A stretch of DNA of 62,196 nt, filler included, from Sphacelaria rigidula (Eukaryota): NCBI GenBank assembly GCA_964200075.2. It is 11 parts of 11 records of this genome, joined end to end, with 100 filler letters (N's around TTAATTAATTAA, not from the genome) between each part and the next. Parts side by side here need not be neighbours in the genome. Positions count along the whole stretch, not along the records: positions 1 to 5,564 come from CAXNAA020026295.1; positions 5,665 to 11,228 come from CAXNAA020026296.1; positions 11,329 to 16,892 come from CAXNAA020026297.1; 8 more parts are not named here. One strand, 5' to 3'. Below are positions 1 through 11,392 of this stretch, one piece after another; within the stretch, counting starts at the first letter, position 1; every line of letters begins with the position of its first letter. Both the position numbers and the translations under genes were made by a program. The notes below the pieces were generated by a model. The model saw only the letters and a program-made list of their open reading frames with translations, ran no database searches and was not told where the DNA came from.

Positions 1-73
1 ACCCCCCGCCCGCGTCGCGTTCGAAAATTCCAATATGTGAATACGCGGGATTCATTTTGATGCTGTCGCTTAG

Positions 74-198
74 CTAACCCCGATGGAGGTGATGAAATTG
101 CGCATGCGAAAGGCTCTGGACAGCCAGTTGAAGAAGGACAAGACTGCCATCGCCAAGAAGACAAGCAAGGAGACCAAGATGGCCGAGTTAGACAGGAA
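74..198 (+). CDS. CLASRP: CLASRP/SFRS16-like SR splicing regulator, exon (gene 5'-truncated by contig start)
   Basis: Acceptor cttag|CTA and donor AA|gtgaga. Translates LTPMEVMKLRMRKALDSQLKKDKTAIAKKTSKETKMAELDR, resembling the conserved CLASRP C-terminal motif LTPQEKLKLRMQKALNRQFKADK (recalled, not searched). Confidence 0.75.
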
Positions 199-1460
199 GT
201 GAGAAGCCCTCCCTGCCTCCACAAGTTGTATGATGTCAATTTCGACTCGTGCCCTTGACCGTCGGCTGACGGAACTGGAGTTCCGTCTTGCAAAAATATC
301 CTTCCAAAAGGTTGCCGACCTGTTGGTGACGAAATAGAAATATATCGATTTTGCATACCGGCAGCTTCCTTGCCGTTTAAACTTTGAGTCCGTGGAGCCT
401 GTCAAACAACCGGAAAGCTGTGCTGTGTCGTGCTGTGTCGTGCTGTGCTGTGTGAATTTTTGCTCTGGGTATTTTGATGCTACGAAGCGAACCAATTGCC
501 ACGCGGCGGGAGATTGCTTGGATTCCAAGTTGGTCAGTGTCGTGTGCTTGGACGTGCATGGCTGGTTCGCTTGCATGCAACGAGACTGGGCGCGCTGAAC
601 AATGCCCGCGATGGGCCACTCCAGTATCACATTTGTTGGTTATGATGCCCTCACTTTGGTTTTTCAGCACGCGAAATGCATCTGCTATGCCTGGGGTAGT
701 GATTTTCAACGTGTGTTCCGTGGTTTCGGTCATTTTTCCGTCGGTTGTCTGGTGGGTCCCGCAGCCTGTGCCCGTGTGTAAGCATGCACATATTTCACTC
801 GAAATTAGAGGGGTCAAAATCGGTTCGATGCCACGACACGTCAACTTTTGGGTGGTGATCCTTGGGAACAATACGGCATCCAGAGCGGTGCATTTTGCTG
901 GGTATATGCAAGCTTCCTGTGTTGCGCCATCTGAAGTGAAATCGGCTGACGGGCAAAGCGAAAATGCTGCAGGGGAATATGTACTGATGTACGTCGGTGG
1001 AACGTAGCTACGGTGGCTGTGGAGGGGGGTTTGTACACTGGTATTATCCGACTTCTGCCATCCAAGGGATGAGGCCGAAAAACGTGTCAAGTGGTTGTGT
1101 GGTGGACGCCAGCATGCAGCCAAAGTTTGTTTTATAACACAAGATGAAAAGCAGGGTTTGTGGAATTGGCCGTTCGGAAGGATCTCATCGACTGACCACC
1201 CAGAGATCGCAGGCAAGCTGTTACGGTTTGTGCGTGTAGGATTTGTGAGCGGAAGCGTGCGTTGTATGGACCAAAAACATGAGCATGTAAGTAAATATAT
1301 GACAACGTTTTGTTGATACGAATTCAATATGCCCGCCGTTCGAGTCTCTGTTTCCACAACATCGAACTGGTATGGGACTCCCCCTCCTCGGCGCATTCAC
1401 CCCCGCCGCGCTCGCGTTGCCCTATACTATCGACGCAACAATTATGAGACATGCGTGCAG

Positions 1461-1613
1461 GCAGCAACGACTAGATGAGGAACGACTGGCTGCTCTGGCG
1501 ATCAAAAGCCAACGCCCTAGGGAAGATGATGCGTCGCCATCACGCTCACGTTCGCGCTCTGGATCACCACCACGCAGACGACGCCACGGCTCCAGCTCCC
1601 CGTCACGCCAAAG
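1461..1613 (+). CDS. CLASRP: CLASRP-like protein, internal exon (start of RS-rich region)
   Basis: tgcag|G ... AG|gtaaat, phase 2 at both ends and compatible with the previous exon. Translates QQRLDEERLAALAIKSQRPREDDASPSRSRSRSGSPPRRRRHGSSSPSRQ. Confidence 0.75.
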
Positions 1614-2032
1614 GTAAATGCGTTTCGTGGCACATAGATATTGCTTTGCTGTGTTGTAACCTACGATCCACCTCTATCGACAGGAATGGCGTTGTTGAAC
1701 GGTACCTGATATTGTGTGTTGGTATAGACCACCGACGATGACACAGGGTAACACCTCTGAGCGATAACCACTTTTGATTGGATTTTCAGTTGTTTTCCTC
1801 TTCACCATTGTCGTTTCACATACGGTAGCGTCTGTTGTAGAGCCTCGGGGTAGTGAGTATAGTGTATATAGTCCACTATAGTATAGTGTAGTGCAGTCTA
1901 GTCTAGTGTAGAGTAAAAGTGCCGTGATGCGTTGCTGTTGTTTGTGTCATCCTCTTTCGGTGATCTTGCTCCAAGTTGCTGGCGTTTCCTTGTGTCGACC
2001 GGGCGATTGATACGAATCATTTGACGAAACAG

Positions 2033-2233
2033 GAGTAGAAGGGAGCGGGACAGCAGCGAACGAGGGGGTGGCTCCTCTTCTCATCGCTCTACGACTAGGG
2101 GTAGCAGCAACAGGCGCCACGATGAAGACGACGGGAGGGGCAGCCGAGAGCGACAGCGGCGGCGGCAGCAGCGGTCGTTGGGCACCTCGCGGTCGAGGTC
2201 GAGGTCGGAGTCGCAATCCGTGCCTTCACACAG
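2033..2233 (+). CDS. CLASRP: CLASRP-like protein, RS-rich internal exon
   Basis: aacag|G ... AG|gtggtt, phase 2/2. Translates SRRERDSSERGGGSSSHRS...SRSRSRSESQSVPSH. Confidence 0.7.
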
Positions 2234-3177
2234 GTGGTTTAAAGATGTCCGATTTTTGTTGCGAAGCGTGACGTGACGTGCAGCAACACCAAAGTGAGAC
2301 AGAGACTCAGAGAGAGAGAGAGAGAGATCCACGCACGAAAGAGACACAAACACAGAGAGGTCAGATACAGCATTTGACACGACGTGCCTGCAAAATGCGA
2401 GCCATCCCCTTCAGGAGGGAAGCTGGGCGCATCGGGGCAATGGGGGGCCGGGGGGGCAGGGGGGGGGATGTGTGCAGTGTGGAGTTCACGTTTGAGGAAG
2501 ATTCTGGCAATTCATGTAGTGGTCAAGCGCGAGAAGGCAAGAAGCAGACTAAATGTTTTTAGACGTGAGGCAGTGCCCACATCATACAAGGTACAGTTTG
2601 CCCGCTCGGTACCGGTGCTATGCCTTTAATAGGAGTATGTACTGCTTCCTTTGCCAGGCCACGATTCAGATGGACTCGAACAGCAGTGAGCGTCCTCGAC
2701 CGTGCCTACCCGTTATTTACCGACGGCGGTTGGTCTCTTTTAATCCTCGTGTGGACGTGTTTGTCATCTGGTTGCTGCAAGCGCATTTCCATCGTAAATC
2801 TGAGTCAACCTTTCCTCCCTTTTTGTCCCTCCTCCCTCGTCCTCTCCCCCCTTTCTTGGCCCCGTTTTCCCGCTGCCCCGCCGTTGTCCTGTTCTTCGTC
2901 GTTCGTTGTTTCGTTGTCGCATTTTTTCTTGCCTTGTATCACCGTCCGGCCTATGTCCTCGTCCTCGCATTCCTCACACACCGTACGTGCGCGATCCGTC
3001 GCGACTTTTACCGAAACTTGTAACGAATTTCCGCGGATTCCATCTTGTTCCGGTTATTTGTCTATGTTCTGATGCTCTGCCCATGCCGTGATTCAACGGC
3101 TCGTTCGTCAAAACGAACCGAACGAAATTCGGCGTAAAAAATGGCAACAACAAACGGGAACCGGCGTATATTCATAG

Positions 3178-3379
3178 ATCCAGCGATCGGGGCTACGGCA
3201 GTGACGGCGGAGCGGGGCACGTCGAGACCGGAAAAATACGAGATAATGGCCGTGGGCGTAGCCGTCGTGGCAGAAGTAGTGTTAGTAGGAGTAGGAGCCA
3301 CAGTAATGACCGCAGGAAACGGCGAAGAAGCCGAAGCAACAGTCCGCTCAGGTCGTACCGCGCCAGAGATCATAGTTAG
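3178..3379 (+). CDS. CLASRP: CLASRP-like protein, terminal RS-rich exon
   Basis: catag|A, phase 2. Translates SSDRGYGSDG...RSRSHSNDRRKRRRSRSNSPLRSYRARDHS, then TAG at 3377-3379. Confidence 0.7.
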
Positions 3380-5564
3380 GTGACGAGTTTCGGGGGGGAA
3401 ATGCGCGTGTCTTTTTGGCCGTGTATGGCAGACGCGATCACGTTAGATTCACTAGTCACTCGTTGTTATCGTTTTTCCGTTCGGCGGACGGAGAGGGAGG
3501 CAAATGTAAATTCCCCTGTAAGGTCCCGTGTGCTCAAGAGTCAGATGTTTCATCATGTCTGGGCTACTAGCAACATATCGTTGAAACAATGAAGTGCTTT
3601 GAGTAGCCTTCATCACCATTTTTCATTCAGTAGCTTGTTCTTTCGTCGTTTTTTCTCTGTGAAGTGCACGTTCTGTTGTGAAACCGAGGATGGTGTACAC
3701 ATCTCGCTACAGGCACGCTGTGTAGATGGTATGTAGTGGTTTGCTTGAGTTTTGAATATGCATGATGAATTGTATTGCGACAAGTGAAAGTTGGGTTACC
3801 CCGGGGTGCTCCTTTTGTTGTAGCGATAGCTGCGAGAAACCGCTGAAATCCTCAGGCATCTGGCTGTGACTGGTTGTAAGCCCGGACCCCCGGGTTTGAT
3901 GCTAAATGGACTGGCTTTTGGACGGCGTTCTGAACAGCTGTTTTTTGTCGGAAAAGCGTCTACTTGTAGGTACACAAGAAAACTAGTGCCACGTATTTGC
4001 CACGGCTAGCAGCATTCATCTCCTATCGCAACATGACAGCTAATCAGGATCGCGCCAGCAGCAGTACATGTGGTCATGCATGTAAGTACGAATATGTCGG
4101 GATACACAGCACAAGGAGGCACGAACAGGAACATGCGCACTCTGCTCCCTCAACCGTGCATGGCGACACACTGTTGCATGTCCGTTGGCTAGCTCTTTTT
4201 TCTTTGGCGACTCCTACCAAGCGCCCGTGTACCGTCAGCGGACATATGGAACATCAAGGACGAAGAGAATGACTTGCGGAAACACGTCGCGGATGTCTCG
4301 AAGAGGTGTGGCAGATATGCTAAGCTACAGGGGACAAACACGGGCACCATCAACCCCAACCATATCCGATGCAAATCCCGCAGGACCCAGTCCACATGCT
4401 CGCTGCGGTGCCCACCACTCACAAGGCCGAAGGTACCCTATCAGGCATGCCAGCGGATGGAAAGGCAGCTGGACCGATGTACCTGCGAAACTGCTGAAAC
4501 TTGGGGTGCACGAGACACCTACATCATCCTAAGGAAGGTGCATGGAATGATGGAGGTGTGAAAAGGTCCTCCTACTAAGGAACGATGCTGTTGTCAAGGT
4601 CATACAAAATTGCCGGAACGAGTGTGGCAAACTTCACAAGCCCATCACCAGGAGCACGTGCTGTGGAAGTCCCATCGTCAGTAGTCAAGATTGTCTCGAG
4701 TCGACTCAGCGCACAGCTGGAACGTAACAAACGCCCCCCAGAAGAGTATGGTTTACGCCCCAACGCTCGACATACGGCATCATGTTCAAGGAGGTATCCA
4801 TGCACGGGTGGTCGGTGGTATACCCCACCTAGATCTAGTGCAAAAAGTCTGGCACCTTCCCTGGCCGCCATGCTAGCAACATTTGGTTCACCAACATACG
4901 TATCTTTTTTCACTCCGAATGACCAGAAGGCCTCTATAGGTGGTTGGTTTCTCATAAATCCCCCCAACACGCGTGTGGCACGCTACTGTCGCGCACGCAC
5001 AGGTACGAGTTCACATTTCAGGTAAGATCAAGGAGGAATAATACCCCACTGGTTGCGGTTGAATTTGTTATGGCCGCAGCACCGTCCTTGCTGGCATGTG
5101 TGTGACAGAAAACAGTAGCGGTGACGGGAGCATCGCCCTGTTTTCCAACGACGTGTTCTGCAGCGCCCAGACGCGCGTCCTGTCCGAGAAAAAAGGCATA
5201 AAGGAATCGATCCTTGTATTGGTGAGCTCTACAGAGAAGAAAACATGACACATTAGCCACTTCGATATTCCTTGGAGGGCTGTGCAGCAATAACTCGCCT
5301 ACCGGCACATAGGAAAATAGGTACATGCTGGTGACACGCATGATGCCAGTCTTGAAGAAGATTGGGAATCGACGACCGAGCACACACGAAGGATACTGGC
5401 GAGGAGCCTCCTCTCTGCCGTTACTCCTCCGGTGGTACCGCCGTCGACACGCGTGTACACCGCATTCATTCGGTGCACCTAGCCATAACTGCTTGACTGC
5501 TGGAAATTTGAGGGGGGGGGGGGGGGGGGGGGGGTCATGAAGATGGATTTGATATTTATCATCC

Positions 5565-5664
5565 NNNNNNNNNNNNNNNNNNNNNNNNNNNNNNNNNNNN
5601 NNNNNNNNTTAATTAATTAANNNNNNNNNNNNNNNNNNNNNNNNNNNNNNNNNNNNNNNNNNNN
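5565..5664. other. Artificial contig linker (44N + TTAATTAATTAA + 44N); ten copies in the window
   Basis: Identical 100-bp linkers with stops in all six frames at 5565, 11229, 16893, 22556, 28219, 33882, 39545, 45208, 50871 and 56534. Intervening contigs are 5564 bp (x3), then 5563 bp (x8). Confidence 0.98.
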
Positions 5665-5665
5665 C

Positions 5666-5740
5666 GGGGACGGGGACCACGTGGGGAGCCATGTTCAAAA
5701 GCCAAGTCAATTCAGGGGTCCCCACGTGGTCCCCGTCCCC
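5666..5740. repeat. Perfect 22-bp inverted repeat (mini-MITE or hairpin)
   Basis: GGGGACGGGGACCACGTGGGGA (5666-5687) is the exact reverse complement of 5719-5740; 31-nt spacer. Confidence 0.85.
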
Positions 5741-5896
5741 CACCGTAGTACTAGCCTGGGTTACCTCTTGACGTGAAACGTGACACGACGTGACACGTAC
5801 CGAGTGTAACATGTAGACTCTTGCAAAATACATCCCCCTCTCTATGGTAGGATGAGTCCAGGTACACCCGTAACTCTGAGTGATTTTACGACAGAC

Positions 5897-6423
5897 GGGA
5901 GAGGGAGGGGCGAGAGGGGGCGTACTCATTTGTTGCTTGCCTTGGTCATTTGACCATTGATCACGCATCCCTCTCAAGACGGTCAACCGTTTCTACTCCC
6001 AATGGAGGCAACCTCCAACATTTGGACCCTCACTACGCTTTTTCCATATGCCACACAAGTGAATATTACTCATCTTACCTCATTTCTGTCTCGGCGTCCG
6101 TGGCTCCCCTTCATCTCCTAGTATAGCGGCCGTTTTCTCGGTACTATCTAATGCATCAAACGACATCATATGACATTCGTACAGGTCCCTCATCCCCTCT
6201 AACACGTCTCGCTCCTACTTGTATACTTCACATTTCTTCATGATTTCAGCTCTACTTTCTGTTGCTTCACCACAAGCGCAGTTCTGTGAAAAGTCTTCCC
6301 CCTTCACTCGACTGCTAATTTACCTCTCGCTTCTTTCAGGACGCGGCGGCGGGTGGGTGGGGGGGGGGCGTACCCATTTGTTGCTTGCCTTAGTGGGGTG
6401 ACCATTGACCATGCAGCCCTTTC
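5897..6423 (-). mobile_element. Two tandem 3' fragments of LINE family A, each with a C-rich tail
   Basis: Both show G-tract + CGTAC(T/C)CATTTGTTGCTTGCCTT...GACCATTGA on the + strand (at about 5921 and 6369), matching the 3' end of the long LINE at 51765-54292. Confidence 0.85.
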
Positions 6424-6491
6424 NNNNNNNNNNTTGTCTCGTTTTCCTCTGGTTCCTGGCCGGGCCCTGTCTTCTTTTGCGTGGTGGGGGT

Positions 6492-6528
<37 letters not shown>

Positions 6529-7333
6529 AACTTCTTCTCCAACGAAGCCGGTTTTCAGCTCCTCTGCAAGCACAGATCTTCACGTCGAGTGCCCTTGGTA
6601 TCAACATAATAACATACGCATTCACACCACCCCCCAAAGCAACGGCTTTCATCTGCATGCAAGCGTAAAACGACCGTGTAGGATGTCTACTCTGTATGTT
6701 ATACCTTTTCAGTGCCCTTTAGATGTCTTCAGCGAGCGCTTCCATTTTCTATGTTGTGGATAACGACCTTAGCTGGGTCCCGCGGGGATCAGTTATCGTG
6801 CGACAATCACACAATCAGTCACAAGATCCTGTATCGCACCCAGGAATCCCTTGGTTTCGCCCCATCAACGCCCCCACCCACCCCTACCGTACGACCCGTC
6901 GGTTTGAGAATCTTAGCATGCAATAATTCCTGGTACCCCGGGGGTCCTCTGTACTACATAGACCCTAGGAACCCGAGGCAGTACCTACCCTGAGGCACGA
7001 TATCCCATCCCAAGCACCCTTGAAGGGGTTACCCGTCGTGAGGTGGCGAACACGACTTGTATCTACACTTTCTGCAGGAGTATTGAGGAATAAAAACCGA
7101 ACAACACTATTTTATGTCGCATTTTACCTATTTCTCAAATTCCCTTCACGGCTGTTCCGCTGACCTACCTTGAAGGTGTCCATGTCGTGAGCACACCCTG
7201 ATTGGTACGGTAGCGGATTAGGTAAGTGTGTGACAAGCCAATTAATGCGCATGGCCATGCGGCGTACCTGAGGACCGAAATGAACACCTTTCGGCCACAG
7301 GCGAGTTTTCGAGGTGTACGTGTTCCTCGGTAC

Positions 7334-7427
<94 letters not shown>

Positions 7428-7447
7428 GTTGTCGTTGTTGTTGTTGT
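7334..7447. repeat. (GTT)n microsatellite
   Basis: About 38 GTT units with two GTC interruptions. Confidence 0.97.
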
Positions 7448-7869
7448 GGATATTATCTTCAAATAAGAAAATCGTTCCGATATCTACGTAGTCTTTTTTA
7501 ACTTCCGTACTGGGCATCTGACACGGACGCCTTCCGTGGTTAACGGCTAACAACCCAACAATAGGAATAAACAAATCAACAGTGAATAAAAATGAGGGAG
7601 CCAGAACAATCAATACAAAACACAATACAAGAAAAAGGAAATGATAATACCACCATAATAAGATCCGATGCCAGATGCTCGCAAAACAATATATATATGA
7701 AGCCCTCCTGTCTTGAAACATCTCACGTATGTTGTTGGCACAGCGATGCACGTGTCATTTTGTGCAACAGAATACCTCCACGCAGTATCTTTCCCCACTA
7801 CCAAGCGCGTGTCCTGAGGAGGCTTGCATGATCGCGCAACTTCCATCCGGGACATAAAGTAATATCTAC

Positions 7870-8670
7870 GTGGGATAATCATCTGGGATGTTCACATCCA
7901 TCTGGGATATCCATGCTCACCTGGGGCATCAAAGTGAGCCTTACACCTGGGATATACACGGGAAATATCCATATCCACCTGGAATATCCAACTGAGCATT
8001 CCACCTGAGATATACATCTGGCAAGCTGTATCCATTCGAGGCCTGCACCTGAGATATACATCTGGCAAGCTATATCCATTCGAGGCCTGCACCTGAGATA
8101 TCCACCTAGGATATACGTCTAGGATGCCATGTCCACTTGGGATGCCCGTCAGGAACTTCAGATCCATCTGAATATTCAGACCCGTCTGTGATACAAATCT
8201 GGAATGCCCAGGCGGGATCTCATATTCATCCGAAATGTCCATCTGCATACAAAGTTACGGGTGGACTTCACACATAAAATTGAGGCCGTCGTGAATGATT
8301 CGCCTTGGACAACGCGGATAGACACCCGCACCCATCCCACACCGATGTCCCGAAAAAATGGGAAAGTTTGGGTCGGATTAGGGTACCCTCCTGGATTTCC
8401 CACACGGATGTCCACATGAATACAAAGGTGGACATCCCGGGTGGACATCCGATATGGATATCCTCCTGGGATAGGCCAGATCGATATGACATCGAAAATA
8501 GATATCCCAGGGACGTGTGGATATCCATCTAAAATGTCCTGGCTGGATATCCCTATCCCACATGAATTTGATTTCCCACATGGATATCCCAGATATCGCA
8601 AGCGGGTATCCATCCATATCACACATGTATACCTCAAGTGGACGTCATGTTCTAGGGGGATATCCCAGGC
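7870..8670. repeat. GGATAT/ATATCC-motif-rich repeat, probably a non-autonomous DNA transposon with subterminal repeats
   Basis: Dense GGATATCC/GATATCCC motifs in both orientations. Includes an internal tandem duplication of CACCTGAGATATACATCTGGCAAGCT...TTCGAGGCCTG at about 8000-8100. Confidence 0.5.
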
Positions 8671-8679
8671 ATATACTAG

Positions 8680-8863
8680 TTCTGTTCGACCACTCTCTTT
8701 TTTTCTTTTTCTGTTCCTATTTTTTCTGTTTCTGTTCCTTTTTCTTCTTCTTTCTCCTCAGAGCGTGTTTGAGTTTCGTTTTTGTTGGGTACGTACGTCT
8801 ACCATGAGACCACGGCTGGACCCCGGGGGCGTCAGTTAAAGTTCGACAATCAATCAATCAATC
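8680..8863 (+). mobile_element. SINE-like 3' fragment with (CAAT)n tail
   Basis: Pyrimidine-rich body, then ...GGACCCCGGGGGCGTCAGTTAAAGTTCGA(CAAT)4. It interrupts the GGATAT-rich repeat, which resumes at about 8875. Confidence 0.4.
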
Positions 8864-9358
8864 GACAATTTTACAGTATCCCGGGTGAATATTCCGGGGT
8901 GGATGTTACACCCAAGATGGATGTTGCACGATAGTACAAGACCGCAGTGTTCTGACCCTGGCACTGCACTCGTATGCTCTCGTTCCTCGAAACATCCCCA
9001 CCGTCTGCTGGTACCGTATTTCTCATCTGTTATGGTTCCGAAACGGCCTCTGTGGCTTCAAGTTGAAAATGCCCAACACACTTAGGAGCTGCATGTGTGA
9101 AGTTGCACTTGTTCTTCTTTTTTTTTGTAGTGGCTTATGTATAAAAATAATAAAACAGACACATTTTGTGTTTATTCTGTGTATATACTATACTGATAGG
9201 GGTTGGTCATTAGATAGATGCATCCGATGCCTTATGAGTGACGTGTTCCTTTTCCGTTTGATCCATATAAAAAGAGGCGCCAGAATTCGTGCATATATCC
9301 TAACTCCATGTGCTTGCCAGACACACACGCACTTTATATACGTATACTGTATGTATAC

Positions 9359-9499
9359 CTGCCTTAAACAAAGCCTTTATGTCTTCATCGACGAGGTCCA
9401 CTTTCAAGGCTCTCATAGCCTCGCACATCTCCGCCATGTCAAGCAATCCGTTGTGGTCGGTGTCCCTCTCTCTGAATACAGCGTACACTTCTCGGAGGA
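9359..9499 (-). CDS. EF-hand calcium-binding (calmodulin-like) protein, exon
   Basis: Acceptor ggacag|TC and donor G|gtatac. Translates (F)LREVYAVFRERDTDHNGLLDMAEMCEAMRALKVDLVDEDIKALFKA, with a canonical EF loop DxDxNGxLDxxE. Confidence 0.8.
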
Positions 9500-9785
9500 C
9501 TGTCCAAGGTGAGAGACATGTTTGAAGTTTTTTCAAGCAACAACGGCCGTAAACAACGAGATTTCGCGATGAACAAATAATAGCAGAATAAACGGTGCGA
9601 GTTGTGGACATACAAAAAAAGCCGGGGCATCGACTAAGTCGGAATCATTGGCAACATATTCGCGGGCTTCTACGTGGCATCTCTTCGTGTCATAGGGTTT
9701 CGAATATTGCTGACGTTTACCCGCGGAATGATAACAGCGGGGAAAATTGCGTTCAGGCGGTTGATTACGTATGGCACTCTATTGC

Positions 9786-9873
9786 GGGGTGGGGGTGGGG
9801 GGGGGGGGGGGCGTGCTAATTCGTTGCTTGCCTTCGCCGTCGGACCGTTGACCACGCATCCCTTTCGAAACGG
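9786..9873 (-). mobile_element. Short 3' fragment of LINE family A with poly(C) tail
   Basis: G-tract followed by CGTGCTAATTCGTTGCTTGCCTT...GACCGTTGACCACGCATCCCTTTCGA on the + strand; lies in an intron of the EF-hand gene. Confidence 0.8.
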
Positions 9874-10482
9874 ATCAATATGTTCTTTCTTGCTTCAGGT
9901 TTGGTTGGGATCCAGAAGGGTACGACTTTGGCTACGACTCAACCATACAAAGACTTCGGAGTGATACCCGGTACTTTTTCAGTAGATTTTACTCCAGACA
10001 CCCCGAAATAAATACCCCGGGGTTAACGAGTTTCGGAAAAACGATTTTTTCATGAGCGCAGCTTTTTTCAGCGTATGTATATATCTCATGAAGTTGAAAT
10101 TTCCGAAGAACTCTCACATAAATCTTTCATTGTTTTGGAACTTGACATGTACTGTTGCAATAAAAAGAAACAAACGGGCACCCCTCGACAAGTCGGTACA
10201 GCATACTATACTGTTCTGAGAATCCAGGGTACCTGGGGGTACGTCGTTAGCCTACTCGAATTACCTGTAGATCGTCTGGACGCAGGTCATCTCGTTGGTC
10301 GTCACATATACGGCTCACGGAGGTAAGGGAAGGGGTCCAGTGAATGGTAACAGGTACCCGTAGCTAACCGGGTAAACACAGTATCAATACCCCCAGTGAA
10401 GGGTACACCAGGGGGTGTCGACGGCTCTTGTATAACTCGTGTCGTATTCCTTCTCGGTAACGAGCGGTGCGCACTCTACTTT

Positions 10483-10572
10483 GCTGTGTTGTGCTGTATT
10501 GTGCTGTGCTGTATTGTGCTGTGCTGTGATATCATGTGCTGTGCTGTGCTGTGCTGTGCTGTGCTGTGCTGT
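10483..10572. repeat. (GCTGT)n pentanucleotide microsatellite
   Basis: Imperfect GCTGT array; a shorter one lies at about 417-453. Confidence 0.9.
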
Positions 10573-10732
10573 GACGAATGCTTCTCTTCCCATCCTTACC
10601 AAGCGGTAGATGTGGACGTCTACCAACTCGTTTAGCAATACATGGTCGATTGACTGGCGTGGGCTTCGTTTCCTTTTTCAGCATCATCATAGTGAGTAGG
10701 AAGCCCTCAAAACAAAAATTCCATACACTCAC

Positions 10733-10764
10733 ATGTCCGGACCGTCCCCATCTTCAGCAGCACC
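10733..10764 (-). CDS. EF-hand protein, 32-bp microexon
   Basis: ttttgtgcag|G GTG CTG CTG AAG ATG GGG ACG GTC CGG ACA T|gtgagt. The last T joins TC of the 9499 exon to give VLLKMGTVRTFLREVYAVF in frame. Confidence 0.65.
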
Positions 10765-11134
10765 CTGCACAAAAGTGGAACATCGGAGGGCAAGGCACAT
10801 GCACGCGGTAGCGTAAATGTTGCGGCCACGCCATGCTGAATGAGGCCCTCGAGAGCCATACAACGGCAGTACTTCATACATAGTGATGCCTCGACTGAGT
10901 TTGCGAAGCGTTAAGACGCGGGAACTTGTTCTAGACTGTGCGCGTCGTAACTGTCCTCTTAAGCGAACAGTACAGCCGGTCAAGCTCAAGCGCTGTCCTG
11001 CTCTCTGGGTTACCACGGGACCTTGAAGCTGATGAACCACCCCACGGTATAAGGGACAGGGAGGGAGGGGGGGGGGGGGGAGGAGGGTGTTTGTGTGCAA
11101 AATGTCCTCGAAACAAGGGGATTTGTGGCGGCAG

Positions 11135-11228
11135 GAGGGGGGGGCGGGGTGTACTCATGATCATGCGTGCTATAGTCATAGGACCATTAATCTCGCATCC
11201 CTACAAAGCCGGGACGGGGCACGCCGGG
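11135..11228 (-). mobile_element. Retroposon family B 3' end with C-rich tail
   Basis: G-tract + TGTACTCATGATCATGCGTGCTATAGTCATAGGACCATTAATCTCGCATCCCTACAAAGCCGGG on the + strand; the contig ends inside it. Confidence 0.8.
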
Positions 11229-11392
11229 NNNNNNNNNNNNNNNNNNNNNNNNNNNNNNNNNNNNNNNNNNNNTTAATTAATTAANNNNNNNNNNNNNNNN
11301 NNNNNNNNNNNNNNNNNNNNNNNNNNNNCACAATCCCGGGGAGCGGTTGATTCTCATTTCAAAGTACGTTCTCATTTTTCTGGCAACCCTGT

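Noticed and set aside
5609..5620. Recurrent TTAATTAATTAA palindrome every 5.66 kb, and ORFs ending in XXX-LIN
   Set aside because: Synthetic six-frame-stop linker between contigs; not a biological periodic element.
7124..7751. ORFs with poly-Thr, poly-Cys or poly-Asn
   Set aside because: Translations of the (GTT)n microsatellite; no splice or codon support.
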